Source: a virus
Direction: 5' to 3' (one strand)
IMG/VR virus record: IMGVR_UViG_3300046804_001782
Span: 1-64,000 of that record
DNA: 64,000 nt
Made by a program: the position numbers and the translations under genes. Positions 17,030-25,623 of the stretch are shown here, piece by piece. Positions within the stretch are counted from its first letter, which is position 1; every line of letters begins with the position of its first letter. The notes beneath the pieces were generated by a model. That model was not told the DNA's origin. It saw nothing but the letters and a program-made list of their open reading frames with translations, and did no database searches.

Positions 17030-17536
17030 ATGATTAAGGATTCCTATAGCAACCCACCATTTTACAAGTACGACTGGGATTTAGTTATGTGGGCAAACCC
17101 ATTGCCAAATGACTTGGTCGCCTTGTACGAACTATGTGAAAGCGTAAGAGTTACGTTTACCAAACACCTTCGTGTACTTCTAGAGAACGGTGGAAACCTA
17201 GACGATGCCCCACCGTGGCGGCAGTGGTTGTGGGACTTTGCAGTTGTTAAGTCACAATTCACACAAGAAGAAGAATTTGAAGAAGGTACTTACTTGGCAT
17301 TCCTAGACTTTGAAAATATTGGTAAGTACGTACACGATGATCGAATGTTTGAGTCTATGACAGAAGAAGAAATGGAAGAACATTTTGAAATGTTAAACAG
17401 AGTAGAGGACATGCTGAATGAGATCATGAACAATGACGCATATGCGAAATCTCTGCTTAATGTACAAAAACGTTCTGAGGAAATTGATGAACTAAACGAG
17501 TTGTTTAACTCTTCAGGAAGTGGAGATACCGAATGA
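17030..17536 (+). CDS. Acidic hypothetical protein
   Basis: ORF track; E-rich C-terminus. Confidence 0.65.
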   Translation: MIKDSYSNPPFYKYDWDLVMWANPLPNDLVALYELCESVRVTFTKHLRVLLENGGNLDDAPPWRQWLWDFAVVKSQFTQEEEFEEGTYLAFLDFENIGKYVHDDRMFESMTEEEMEEHFEMLNRVEDMLNEIMNNDAYAKSLLNVQKRSEEIDELNELFNSSGSGDTE

Positions 17537-17721
17537 ACGACGACAACATAAGCCAACTGGTGGATGAGATCATCAACGGAATAAAGGGTCAGAGCATTGT
17601 GTCTTCTATAGAGATGGTTGACGCACTTCTTGATATCAGGAATGCCGCTGTGTCAATGGAGCAGGAACTTCAGCAACTACTGGACGCAAACAAACCGCAA
17701 ACGTGTGGCTGTCCAGAATGA
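17533..17721 (+). CDS. Hypothetical protein
   Basis: ATGA overlaps at both ends. Confidence 0.6.
   Translation: MNDDNISQLVDEIINGIKGQSIVSSIEMVDALLDIRNAAVSMEQELQQLLDANKPQTCGCPE
17681..17715 (+). repeat. Dispersed 35-bp site, copy 5
   Basis: TGGAC-GCAAA-CAAA-CCGCAAA-CGTG-TGGCT-GTCCA, 2 bp before HNH ATG. Confidence 0.85.
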
Positions 17722-18197
17722 AGAAACTATGCAGTGGACCAGTTTGTAATAGAGAAGTCGCTGCCAAAGGATTGTGTTCTGCACACTATAAACAAATGCA
17801 ACGGCACGGAAGACTCTCTGTTATTGAAGAATTTGATTCCGAGGAAGACCGGTTCTGGTCACATATAGATAAACGAAGAGATAGTGGTTGTTGGGTATGG
17901 ACAGGACCAATTGATAAAGGTTACGGTAGGCTTTACCATAACGGAAAAGCCTACCAAGCGCACAGGTGGTCATACGAGCAACACAAACATGTGTCACTCA
18001 CCAAGAAAGATACACTAGACCACTTGTGTCGAAATACACTCTGTTGCAACCCAGAACATCTAGAAAAGGTTTCTCTCATTGAGAATATTGAGAGACAACA
18101 CCTGTATCATGCTTTGGTCGCTGAGAATGAAAGACTGCGTGATTTCATTGCAAGTTTGGGATACGATCCAGATAACTTACTCAAAAAGGATGACTAA
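17718..18197 (+). CDS. HNH endonuclease
   Basis: CWVWTG, AHRWSY, DHLCRNTLCCNPEHL. Confidence 0.9.
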   Translation: MKKLCSGPVCNREVAAKGLCSAHYKQMQRHGRLSVIEEFDSEEDRFWSHIDKRRDSGCWVWTGPIDKGYGRLYHNGKAYQAHRWSYEQHKHVSLTKKDTLDHLCRNTLCCNPEHLEKVSLIENIERQHLYHALVAENERLRDFIASLGYDPDNLLKKDD

Positions 18198-18199
18198 TT

Positions 18200-18631
18200 G
18201 TGCAAACATTTCTAACACACGTACCGGTGTGGGTAGATTTCAGAACAACAGCAAGCACTCTTGATTATCGGCGGCTAGGAAAACAAAGGGTGGAGGGTCT
18301 TCAAATCCTTAATACACTCACCGGTCGTTCCACAGGATGGCGTAACCATCCAGCAGTCCGTATGTGGGTAGGGCACGAAGAAGTACTTGCTCACTACGTT
18401 ATGGACATCTGCCGTGAGTGGATAGGACTGGGATACAAAGACACAGTTATGGGAAAAGTAAAAGATATGTTTCCCATGCTTTCCTATGCTTCCCAACTGG
18501 TTGTTCCAGATTGGTTGACTGAGGATCTTGTTATCTCGCACAGATCCAACCTAGTTCGTAAGTTTCCAGAGCATTACGGGCCTTTGTGGCCCACCGTACC
18601 AAATGATCTACCATACATCTGGCCAAAGTAG
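18200..18631 (+). CDS. MSMEG_6728-family / pyrimidine-dimer DNA glycosylase-like protein
   Basis: MQTFL, LDYRRLGKQRVE, HPAVRMW, SHRSNL, LPYIWP. Confidence 0.8.
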   Translation: MQTFLTHVPVWVDFRTTASTLDYRRLGKQRVEGLQILNTLTGRSTGWRNHPAVRMWVGHEEVLAHYVMDICREWIGLGYKDTVMGKVKDMFPMLSYASQLVVPDWLTEDLVISHRSNLVRKFPEHYGPLWPTVPNDLPYIWPK

Positions 18632-18637
18632 GACAAA

Positions 18638-18904
18638 ATGAACGATAAAGATATTGTACTTCCTATCCTCAAGTGGGAAGGAAGAAGAGGTTGGAAAGAA
18701 GAAGCAGCGTGCCGTGGCCTTTCTACTGAACTCTTCTTTAGAAAGAAGCCAACCTATGCACTCATTGATAGGTGTAACAAATGCCCGGTACGTCTAGAGT
18801 GTCTTGAATACGCTATTAGAAACGACTTAACCAGTGGCATCTTTGGTGGTTTGAACATGCAGCAGAGGGAAGGTATGACCGTTGAAGATATCAAAGTCGG
18901 ATGA
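18638..18904 (+). CDS. whiB: WhiB-family transcriptional regulator
   Basis: AAC...LFF...CNKCPVRLEC...GIFGG. Confidence 0.85.
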   Translation: MNDKDIVLPILKWEGRRGWKEEAACRGLSTELFFRKKPTYALIDRCNKCPVRLECLEYAIRNDLTSGIFGGLNMQQREGMTVEDIKVG

Positions 18905-19271
18905 CCGTTGGATGAGGCTTGCCATCAAGCAGGCTCAATGGGCACCACATGACAAGTGGCGGGTTGGAGCCGTGCTGGTGAGGGGAGGTTCCGTCATCAG
19001 CACGGGTTACAACCGGTATAGAAACCACCCGGCGCAAGTAAATCTAGAGGGAATCTCTTACCACGCTGAGGAAGCCTGCATCATGAAGGCAGGCGACCCA
19101 CACGGCGCTACTATCTATGTAGCCCGTATTACCAAGAGTGGACTTCTTGGGATGGCAAAGCCTTGTGTAAGGTGCCAAGAACTACTTCTCAGTAATGGAG
19201 TTCGTGCTGTGGTTTACACCACACCTACGGAAATCATAAAACTGAGATCTTTGTACGAATTAGATGTTTGA
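18882..19271 (+). CDS. Cytidine/dCMP deaminase-family protein
   Basis: VGAVL, GYN, HAE, PCVRC. Confidence 0.85.
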   Translation: MKISKSDDRWMRLAIKQAQWAPHDKWRVGAVLVRGGSVISTGYNRYRNHPAQVNLEGISYHAEEACIMKAGDPHGATIYVARITKSGLLGMAKPCVRCQELLLSNGVRAVVYTTPTEIIKLRSLYELDV

Positions 19272-20321
19272 TAGGATGTCTATCCATCTGCGTGCCCCAA
19301 CGGACACATCTCTTTGTTGTACTCGTTCCCAGTTTTGCAAACTCTCATCACGGCGAACACTGTAATTTTGTAACGCCTTTAGGTGCTTAAGCCAATCGGA
19401 CGGATGTTTGGCTACACGACCAATGCCGTATGTCTTGTTTAGAGATATGTAAGAGTCTAGGTTTTGAGCGACAAAGGGGATGCCTGCGGCAGCGTACTCT
19501 AAACCTTTTATGTAACTCTTTGCTTGGTTGAACGGTACGTTACTCAAAGGAACTATACCTACATCCATAGTCAATGCTGATGGGTATAGATCAGCAGGAA
19601 GTAATCCTACTTTGTGAACTGATTCTTCCTCAACTCCGATAGTTTTGGCAAACGAGTCATGAACATCAGCATGACCAACATGCATTAGGGAGTATTGACC
19701 GTTTCGTTGCACTTGTTTGAGTACGGAGGCGACTGTCTCTAAATCACCACTTCTGTGGGCTGTAGAACCGGCCCATCCTAAAACAGGAACCGCTACATCT
19801 TCGTGAGTCTTCTTGGTAAACCGACTAATATCTACTGTGTTCTCAATCAGTACTATCGGTGCTTTTACAAATGAAGAAACCCTATCAGCAAGATAGGGTG
19901 TACTAACAGTAACTATATCTGAGTTGGACAGAATACCGCGGTAATGGTTAATGTTCTCTTTTATATTGTACTTAGGGTGAGATAACTTCCAAGCAGCATT
20001 TCTAGTGCTGAGTCCCCAGTACCAGTCATCTAAGTCATTTATTATCTTCTGACCATTAGCACGAGCCATTTTAATATGGCGAGCCAACCCATCGTGCATC
20101 AAGCGTTGCAATATGAGTACGTCTGGAACGTGATCGTTACCATCGTCGTCCGTGATTATAAAGCAAGAGTTTTTCCATGTTGGAAAACCTACTACTACTT
20201 TATATGGCATAAAGAACAGGTATTGACCTATGCGTATCCAGCCGCTTCCCCCCCAGTAAGCCTTGCCATCAGCAGACTTACTGGAGGGAATGCGATCAGC
20301 CGAGGCAATGCCTAGGATCAT
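19260..20321 (-). CDS. Glycosyltransferase (GT-B, GT4-like)
   Basis: DLDD, VTVST, GWAGS, DVGIVPL...FNQAKSYIKGLEYAAAGIP. Confidence 0.85.
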   Translation of the reverse strand: MILGIASADRIPSSKSADGKAYWGGSGWIRIGQYLFFMPYKVVVGFPTWKNSCFIITDDDGNDHVPDVLILQRLMHDGLARHIKMARANGQKIINDLDDWYWGLSTRNAAWKLSHPKYNIKENINHYRGILSNSDIVTVSTPYLADRVSSFVKAPIVLIENTVDISRFTKKTHEDVAVPVLGWAGSTAHRSGDLETVASVLKQVQRNGQYSLMHVGHADVHDSFAKTIGVEEESVHKVGLLPADLYPSALTMDVGIVPLSNVPFNQAKSYIKGLEYAAAGIPFVAQNLDSYISLNKTYGIGRVAKHPSDWLKHLKALQNYSVRRDESLQNWERVQQRDVSVGARRWIDILSNI

Positions 20322-20542
20322 GCAGACTGCTCGTTACGCTTCTTACGACGAACCCAGTTATTAGCAAACTTGGAGATGTCAGTTGCATCCCACAGTGGAG
20401 TAGCAGCCAGAGTGCGAATTGGCTGAGGGAAGTCCTTGCGCTTACGCAGTGTGTAAATCTGCTGCTTCGGGCACTGAAGGATAGCCGCTACCTCAGCAGT
20501 GCCGATAATGCTTTCAATGTTTACAAGAGTGTTTGAATCCAT
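20318..20542 (-). CDS. AlpA/excisionase-like HTH DNA-binding protein
   Basis: IGTAEVAAIL...DFPQPI...PLW. Confidence 0.75.
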   Translation of the reverse strand: MDSNTLVNIESIIGTAEVAAILQCPKQQIYTLRKRKDFPQPIRTLAATPLWDATDISKFANNWVRRKKRNEQSA

Positions 20543-20543
20543 G

Positions 20544-20927
20544 TTATTCACCTCTGAAAATGTCGAAAATGAGTTTGTCGATGTCAAAGTGTTGTCCATT
20601 TTTTGGTACCTTTTCAATGTCTATTGTTGTTGTTTTTTCTGCTTCTGCATTGAAGCATTTTTCGCATGAGCATCCGAGTCTATAACGCTCTCGTGTGCCG
20701 TGAGGAACTTTACTGGGATTCTTACGGTCTTGGGGAGAAGTACCTCCCCAACAACCCCATCGTTCATCACTTTTTATTGCGCTTTCTATACAGTACTCCC
20801 ATACAGGACAGTTTGTACAGACTTGTTTAGAAATACTGTAGTACGAATTTGGATCTTTTAGTTCAAGGGGTGGGTAGAACAAGTCTATGTGTATGTCTTT
20901 ACATGCAGCCTTGTCTAACCAATCCAT
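20544..20927 (-). CDS. whiB: WhiB-family regulator with C-terminal HGT-CxCxxC extension
   Basis: WLDKAAC, CTNCPVWEYC, GCWGG, HGTRERYRLGCSCEKC. Confidence 0.85.
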   Translation of the reverse strand: MDWLDKAACKDIHIDLFYPPLELKDPNSYYSISKQVCTNCPVWEYCIESAIKSDERWGCWGGTSPQDRKNPSKVPHGTRERYRLGCSCEKCFNAEAEKTTTIDIEKVPKNGQHFDIDKLIFDIFRGE

Positions 20928-21833
20928 TTAACTACTTCGTACCACACAGTCATAACCACACGCTGCATACCCGGCTTTATCAGCCCACGTGTCTTGTTTG
21001 TTAGGGTCCCAAGCAAGGCGAGAATCCTTGAGTTGACCCATCATAATAGCGACATCATGTGTATCCAACACGGTGTCAATGATGTCCCAAACCTCTTCGT
21101 CAATGCTGTATCCCAAAACATGGAGTTTGCGACGAAGAACACCGCCGACATGCGTTGACCAATAAGTGGCAGTACGTCGGAAGTCATCATTTGGATCACC
21201 GTACTGGACATTGCGGTCACCATTTACCAACCCCGTTGCCATTTCTAGCAAGTGTGTGCGATGGTTAGTGATTTCTTCGTCTTCCATATAGTGTTCTGTT
21301 CCTGACATGATACCTTCGTACGTTCCCATAAACAACTCGTAAGCAAGTTCTGGGGAAAACCCAACTTGTGAACCACTACGAATATGATCTGCTTCCCACA
21401 AGTAGGTAGCCCGGTCTGCGTGATGGATGACCTCTGGGTGTGGATAGATACCACCAAACTTTTGATGAATTATCTTCATTACCGATTCTTCAATTGGCTT
21501 AAAGACAGCCTCCATTTGAGGAAGACGTTTTAGTGGACGCATCATGTCGCCAACGTATGCTTCTGCTGCGTCATGTAGCAGACCAGTTAGTACGATGTCA
21601 TCACTATACCCCTGTTCATTCAACCACCACGCCACTCTTACACTGTGCTCTGCAACTGAGTAAAAGTTAGGCAAGTGACCATTGAACCTACAGATATTGG
21701 AGAGACTGGTAGCGATGTCCTCCATAGTTAGCATGTCTGGTTCAATGTTAATAATATCGGCATAGTTTCCTGTGGCTGTCTCAATGGTGCCGACCCATTC
21801 CCACTTGGCTTCGTTTGTTGTATCAGTAATCAT
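20928..21833 (-). CDS. HD-domain 5'-deoxynucleotidase (YfbR/YfdR-like) fused to DUF6378-like domain
   Basis: RFNGH, YSVAEHS, LLHDAAEAYVGD; C-terminal GDRNVQYG...DVAIMM.QLKDSR...DTWADKAGYAACG. Confidence 0.75.
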   Translation of the reverse strand: MITDTTNEAKWEWVGTIETATGNYADIINIEPDMLTMEDIATSLSNICRFNGHLPNFYSVAEHSVRVAWWLNEQGYSDDIVLTGLLHDAAEAYVGDMMRPLKRLPQMEAVFKPIEESVMKIIHQKFGGIYPHPEVIHHADRATYLWEADHIRSGSQVGFSPELAYELFMGTYEGIMSGTEHYMEDEEITNHRTHLLEMATGLVNGDRNVQYGDPNDDFRRTATYWSTHVGGVLRRKLHVLGYSIDEEVWDIIDTVLDTHDVAIMMGQLKDSRLAWDPNKQDTWADKAGYAACGYDCVVRSS

Positions 21834-22107
21834 TTTGTGAGTCTCCGTAGACGTACGTTTTTGCCGTGCGGTATAGGTGGTCTACACCTGCTTCTGTAAT
21901 ACACCACTTGTCTTCTACTTTTGTAATGAACCCCCACTTTTTAAGGAGATTCATAGACTGGCTTGTAGATTTGCGGTTAGAGAAGAGGACAGAAATGCTC
22001 TCCATATCTTCAACGGTGAATGGCTTTTTAAACATCTTAGCGACAAGAAGTGCCACATGCGTTCGGCTGTTTGGTTTGTATTTCTGATCCAGCACTTTAT
22101 TTTTCAT
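21823..22107 (-). CDS. Winged-helix-like protein (paralog of 5801..6055)
   Basis: End-to-end similarity to 5801..6055. Confidence 0.65.
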   Translation of the reverse strand: MKNKVLDQKYKPNSRTHVALLVAKMFKKPFTVEDMESISVLFSNRKSTSQSMNLLKKWGFITKVEDKWCITEAGVDHLYRTAKTYVYGDSQNDY

Positions 22108-22136
22108 GGTACCCAGTATGTCAGTAAGCACAACTA

Positions 22137-23564
22137 TCAGTCAAGATTTATCACATCTTGTATAAAACGATCTGTATGTTTTCGATCTAATCCCCCACCG
22201 GGTAATTGCCGTGCCGTTTCTCCTGCCTTGGAACCAAACAACCGTGATAAAACCCCGCTACTTGCTCGTGCTTCTACCTCAAGTCTTACCATATCCCTAG
22301 TATCTGATATGTTTTTAAACTTATCAATAAGGCTGAACAATCTGTCCATCTCGGATGACAGGGCTGGATCCAATCCCTGCCCTTCCAGTTCTTCAGCGAA
22401 CCGGGCGAACAAAACACGACTTGCTTGCATCTCAATCATGGCTTGAAGCGTGGCCATGAGTTGGTCTTTAGTACGTATCTCCACGGGGAGTTTGTACCCA
22501 CAATCTGAATGTTCCTTGAATGCAGGGCAACGGGAGGACAGATAGCAATTATCGCACTGACGCACAGGGCTTGAGTTGTAGCGTATAACAGGCACCTCTT
22601 GGGGATCAATTTCTATTGATTCTCCCTGCTCAGTATCAGTAAATGAACCTGCTGTAACGATACGTTCTATACCCATTACCGGTAGCAATAAGCGTTCTTC
22701 GTCGTGCCGCTTTTCTAATGGGGCGATAGTAATACTTGACCTACGAGAATCCACAGGAAGGCGGGTATCTATTTCTTGGTCGATAGTAATTATCTCATCC
22801 CCAAACGTGTCACTAAACTCATCCTCATCGTCACCGTTTTCGGGGTCATAGGCCGAAAGGTTGCGTACTTCGTATTGTTGCCACGACTTTATGGCAAGAC
22901 TACCTATGGTGCTTACGTTGTCTTCTAACACCTCGTTATAGTCGATACCAAGTCGTATAATATCTGCTCTATGCTTTTTTCTACTGGATTCTTTTTGCTG
23001 GGCTGGATACCGTCGAAGACCGTGACCATCCCATACTTGGGTTTCACCGTAACGGATGGTACTTGTCCACGATGTGACCACGACGGCTTCCCAAGGGAGA
23101 GCCTCTATGATCTCAACCTTACTTGTCAGTCCGATGAGTACTGCTCCCCAGCGTTGAGAGAGCGACCTAATTCTTGGTAATGTTTTTGAATTAATCGCTT
23201 TATCAGATATGGCCACCCGTCCATACCGCTGGCAGATGTATGCCAACCTCTCTAAATCTTGATCATCAGACCATACGGGAACATACTTTTCCCCTAGCCA
23301 ATCGCCATCCATATCTGGTCGCCCTATTACAATGTCTATATTGTCGGCGTGTTCCCGTATGAAATCGGAATACCGGTTTACGTCCTCGTCACCTTCTGAG
23401 GTGTACACGAGAATGGAAGATGATCCAAAAGTTCCAGTTATAGTGAATTCTTTAATCTTTGGTATTGCTAGTTGGGTTATGTTTACAGCGATGTTTTCTA
23501 CATTATTGTGAGAAAGCAGACTCCTGTGCGAACCCTTTTCTCCACCACCTAGATAGACTCTCAT
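22137..23564 (-). CDS. Hypothetical: degenerate TGT/DpdA-like N-terminal domain, Cys4 motif, helical C-terminus
   Basis: VPVW, YGRVAI, PWEAVVVTSWTSTIRYG; CDNC...CPAF...C. Confidence 0.45.
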   Translation of the reverse strand: MRVYLGGGEKGSHRSLLSHNNVENIAVNITQLAIPKIKEFTITGTFGSSSILVYTSEGDEDVNRYSDFIREHADNIDIVIGRPDMDGDWLGEKYVPVWSDDQDLERLAYICQRYGRVAISDKAINSKTLPRIRSLSQRWGAVLIGLTSKVEIIEALPWEAVVVTSWTSTIRYGETQVWDGHGLRRYPAQQKESSRKKHRADIIRLGIDYNEVLEDNVSTIGSLAIKSWQQYEVRNLSAYDPENGDDEDEFSDTFGDEIITIDQEIDTRLPVDSRRSSITIAPLEKRHDEERLLLPVMGIERIVTAGSFTDTEQGESIEIDPQEVPVIRYNSSPVRQCDNCYLSSRCPAFKEHSDCGYKLPVEIRTKDQLMATLQAMIEMQASRVLFARFAEELEGQGLDPALSSEMDRLFSLIDKFKNISDTRDMVRLEVEARASSGVLSRLFGSKAGETARQLPGGGLDRKHTDRFIQDVINLD

Positions 23565-24037
23565 TCTACCTCTCTCCAGTTTTTATCAGAGGCTTTCATG
23601 GCCTGATCATCAAGTTCTTTGGTGAGAGTGTCCCATGTTTTGAGTTCTCTAGTACCTGCCCACTCCGGTCTAATTATGTAAGGAGAGGCAACTAGGAGGG
23701 TAGGGATACCGCGTTTGAGGGTTTCAGCACATACTCGGGCATCGTTATCAACGTACCATTTTGCTCTGCCCCAAATTCCAGATATTGTATGTATTCTCTC
23801 AGCCCTTAATACAGGGTCTTTAAAATCTATAAACTCGTACATTGCGGCTTTAAAAGACTCACGACGCAACCATTGTTCAAAGAGTTCTTTGTCATAATCC
23901 TGATTGACTATAAGACAGATACGTCCCAGTTCTTTATCATGGAACATGTTCCAGATGGAACGACCATCGGAGTCTGGTTGACGTTGGCCTATTTGATCAG
24001 CCGGTTTAGCAATAACGTCAAAGTTAAAAATAATCAT
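23561..24037 (-). CDS. HAD-fold-like hypothetical protein
   Basis: IIFNFDV start, WYVDND, IPTLLV. Confidence 0.45.
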   Translation of the reverse strand: MIIFNFDVIAKPADQIGQRQPDSDGRSIWNMFHDKELGRICLIVNQDYDKELFEQWLRRESFKAAMYEFIDFKDPVLRAERIHTISGIWGRAKWYVDNDARVCAETLKRGIPTLLVASPYIIRPEWAGTRELKTWDTLTKELDDQAMKASDKNWREVE

Positions 24038-24492
24038 CAGGCATACATGCCCTTAGCCTTGCGGTTCTTATGAATAACATAAGCACTTGCTGGGCAGTAA
24101 TGGCATAGGTACTGACGATTCTCTTTAGGAACACCAATACGCCTACCGATAGTCTTAGAATCGTCTTCATAGTCTGGACAATTGTTACTAGGGCGATTGT
24201 GTCTGTTAAAGCAACTGAGTGCTTCTACTTTCAAATCCTGCCGCAGTTCACGAATATCCCACTCGTTCTTCATAAGTTCATTACGAACCTGTGTTTCGTC
24301 CCCCAACTTATCCCAAGTTTCCTGATCGCAGCGGAAAATAAGACCTTTGTGGGCCTCTGGGTTAGGGTCTTTAGACTGGTGTAGGTGTCGATTGATAAGT
24401 TCAATCAACTCCATGTCATACTCAGCAGGACCGTCGTAGTCATGCATACGAAACATAACACCACATGATTTACAGGCTAGAAGCCTAGGCAT
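24037..24492 (-). CDS. Zn-binding hypothetical protein
   Basis: CKSC...H..., C..H..C..CHYC. Confidence 0.65.
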   Translation of the reverse strand: MPRLLACKSCGVMFRMHDYDGPAEYDMELIELINRHLHQSKDPNPEAHKGLIFRCDQETWDKLGDETQVRNELMKNEWDIRELRQDLKVEALSCFNRHNRPSNNCPDYEDDSKTIGRRIGVPKENRQYLCHYCPASAYVIHKNRKAKGMYA

Positions 24493-24516
24493 TTTGTACT
24501 CCCTATTTATTTGTTA

Positions 24517-24735
24517 TTAGTATCCGTACGTTCCCGAACCAGAAGAAATCTTTCCTAAAAGACCACGCTCGCTGTCGGTAATTCCATATTGTTGCTGTAG
24601 CGTAGCATACCGCTCGTACAAATCGTGCAGTTCTACTGAACCTCCCCTATCTGGGGATAGGTTTTTACAACACCCATCGTGGATGCCAGCCTGTAAATCT
24701 TCATTCATGGAACGTGTGTTGTTTACTGCCATCAC
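24517..24735 (-). CDS. Hypothetical protein
   Basis: ORF track, coupled to upstream gene. Confidence 0.6.
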   Translation of the reverse strand: MMAVNNTRSMNEDLQAGIHDGCCKNLSPDRGGSVELHDLYERYATLQQQYGITDSERGLLGKISSGSGTYGY

Positions 24736-25613
24736 ATATCCTTACTCGTTGGGGGGTTTTCTTTATCTTTGGCGGTGTTACGCTTACGCGCTATGCCTGC
24801 GTCACTACGCGTCTTTTTTGTATCATCAGCATTCGTCTTTTGTTCTTGTGGACTATCCTCAAGAAACGCTTGCATAGGCGATATTTGAGGACCACGTGGA
24901 TAGACACTAACTGGTGCTGGGGCCATCCGAGGACCGGGAGTAGGAGCCATAACATGACCTGCGGTCATCTTTGGTGTTGCTGTTACGTCGCGACCAATTA
25001 TGTAACTAAGAACATGATTCTCATGTGCTTGTTTTTTTTGTGCTTGTACGCGTTCAGCCATTTCGTTAATTGCTGGTAAACCTTTATGTACTTGCTCTTG
25101 CATCTGCCTATCCCAAAGAACAGACGGCGGTGCGTCGGCTTCTATATCGCTATGTGGAGGAACGTAATACCAATCAACTTCCCAAGGGTGGTCATATTTG
25201 CCGCTCATCCACTCTTGGTCCTGTCGCATACGTTCTGCCAAGCGTCGTTTATGTTGTTTAACATTTGAACGATTCTGTGCGTATGCTCCAAGCAATGATC
25301 CTACAGTCTCACTAGGGGTTAGACGACTGCGTGATGATGCTGGGGTGTGCATACGGCCTATTCCGTAGCCTTCATGCCAAGGGCGATTAAATGTGGGTGA
25401 AATAGGAGCGCGAGAGTATGGCATCCGTCTACTGGATACGGAACCGTGTGGCAATGTAGCACTAGTTTCTTGCACTAACTTCCTACCATAACCCTGATCT
25501 CTTAAAAGAGGGGTTGGTGATGTTTGAGTAATGCGGTATCTTGTACCAATAGATCCATAGTTATTTGGATCCTGCATTGTCATATATTCTTTTAATACTT
25601 CATCGGCTTTCAT
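24732..25613 (-). CDS. Low-complexity/disordered hypothetical protein
   Basis: GAGGA SD then MKADEVLKEY; P/R/S/Q-rich. Confidence 0.55.
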   Translation of the reverse strand: MKADEVLKEYMTMQDPNNYGSIGTRYRITQTSPTPLLRDQGYGRKLVQETSATLPHGSVSSRRMPYSRAPISPTFNRPWHEGYGIGRMHTPASSRSRLTPSETVGSLLGAYAQNRSNVKQHKRRLAERMRQDQEWMSGKYDHPWEVDWYYVPPHSDIEADAPPSVLWDRQMQEQVHKGLPAINEMAERVQAQKKQAHENHVLSYIIGRDVTATPKMTAGHVMAPTPGPRMAPAPVSVYPRGPQISPMQAFLEDSPQEQKTNADDTKKTRSDAGIARKRNTAKDKENPPTSKDM

Positions 25614-25623
25614 ACTGCTGTCC

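Noticed and set aside
20318-20542. Excisionase implying a temperate lifestyle
   Set aside because: No integrase, repressor or att site in the window; AlpA-like HTH proteins also occur in lytic phages.
21205-21239. TGGAC at the position predicted for a sixth 35-bp site
   Set aside because: Only 5 bp match; the core and right arm are absent and it lies in conserved coding sequence. Nothing was found at the next predicted position (~24400).
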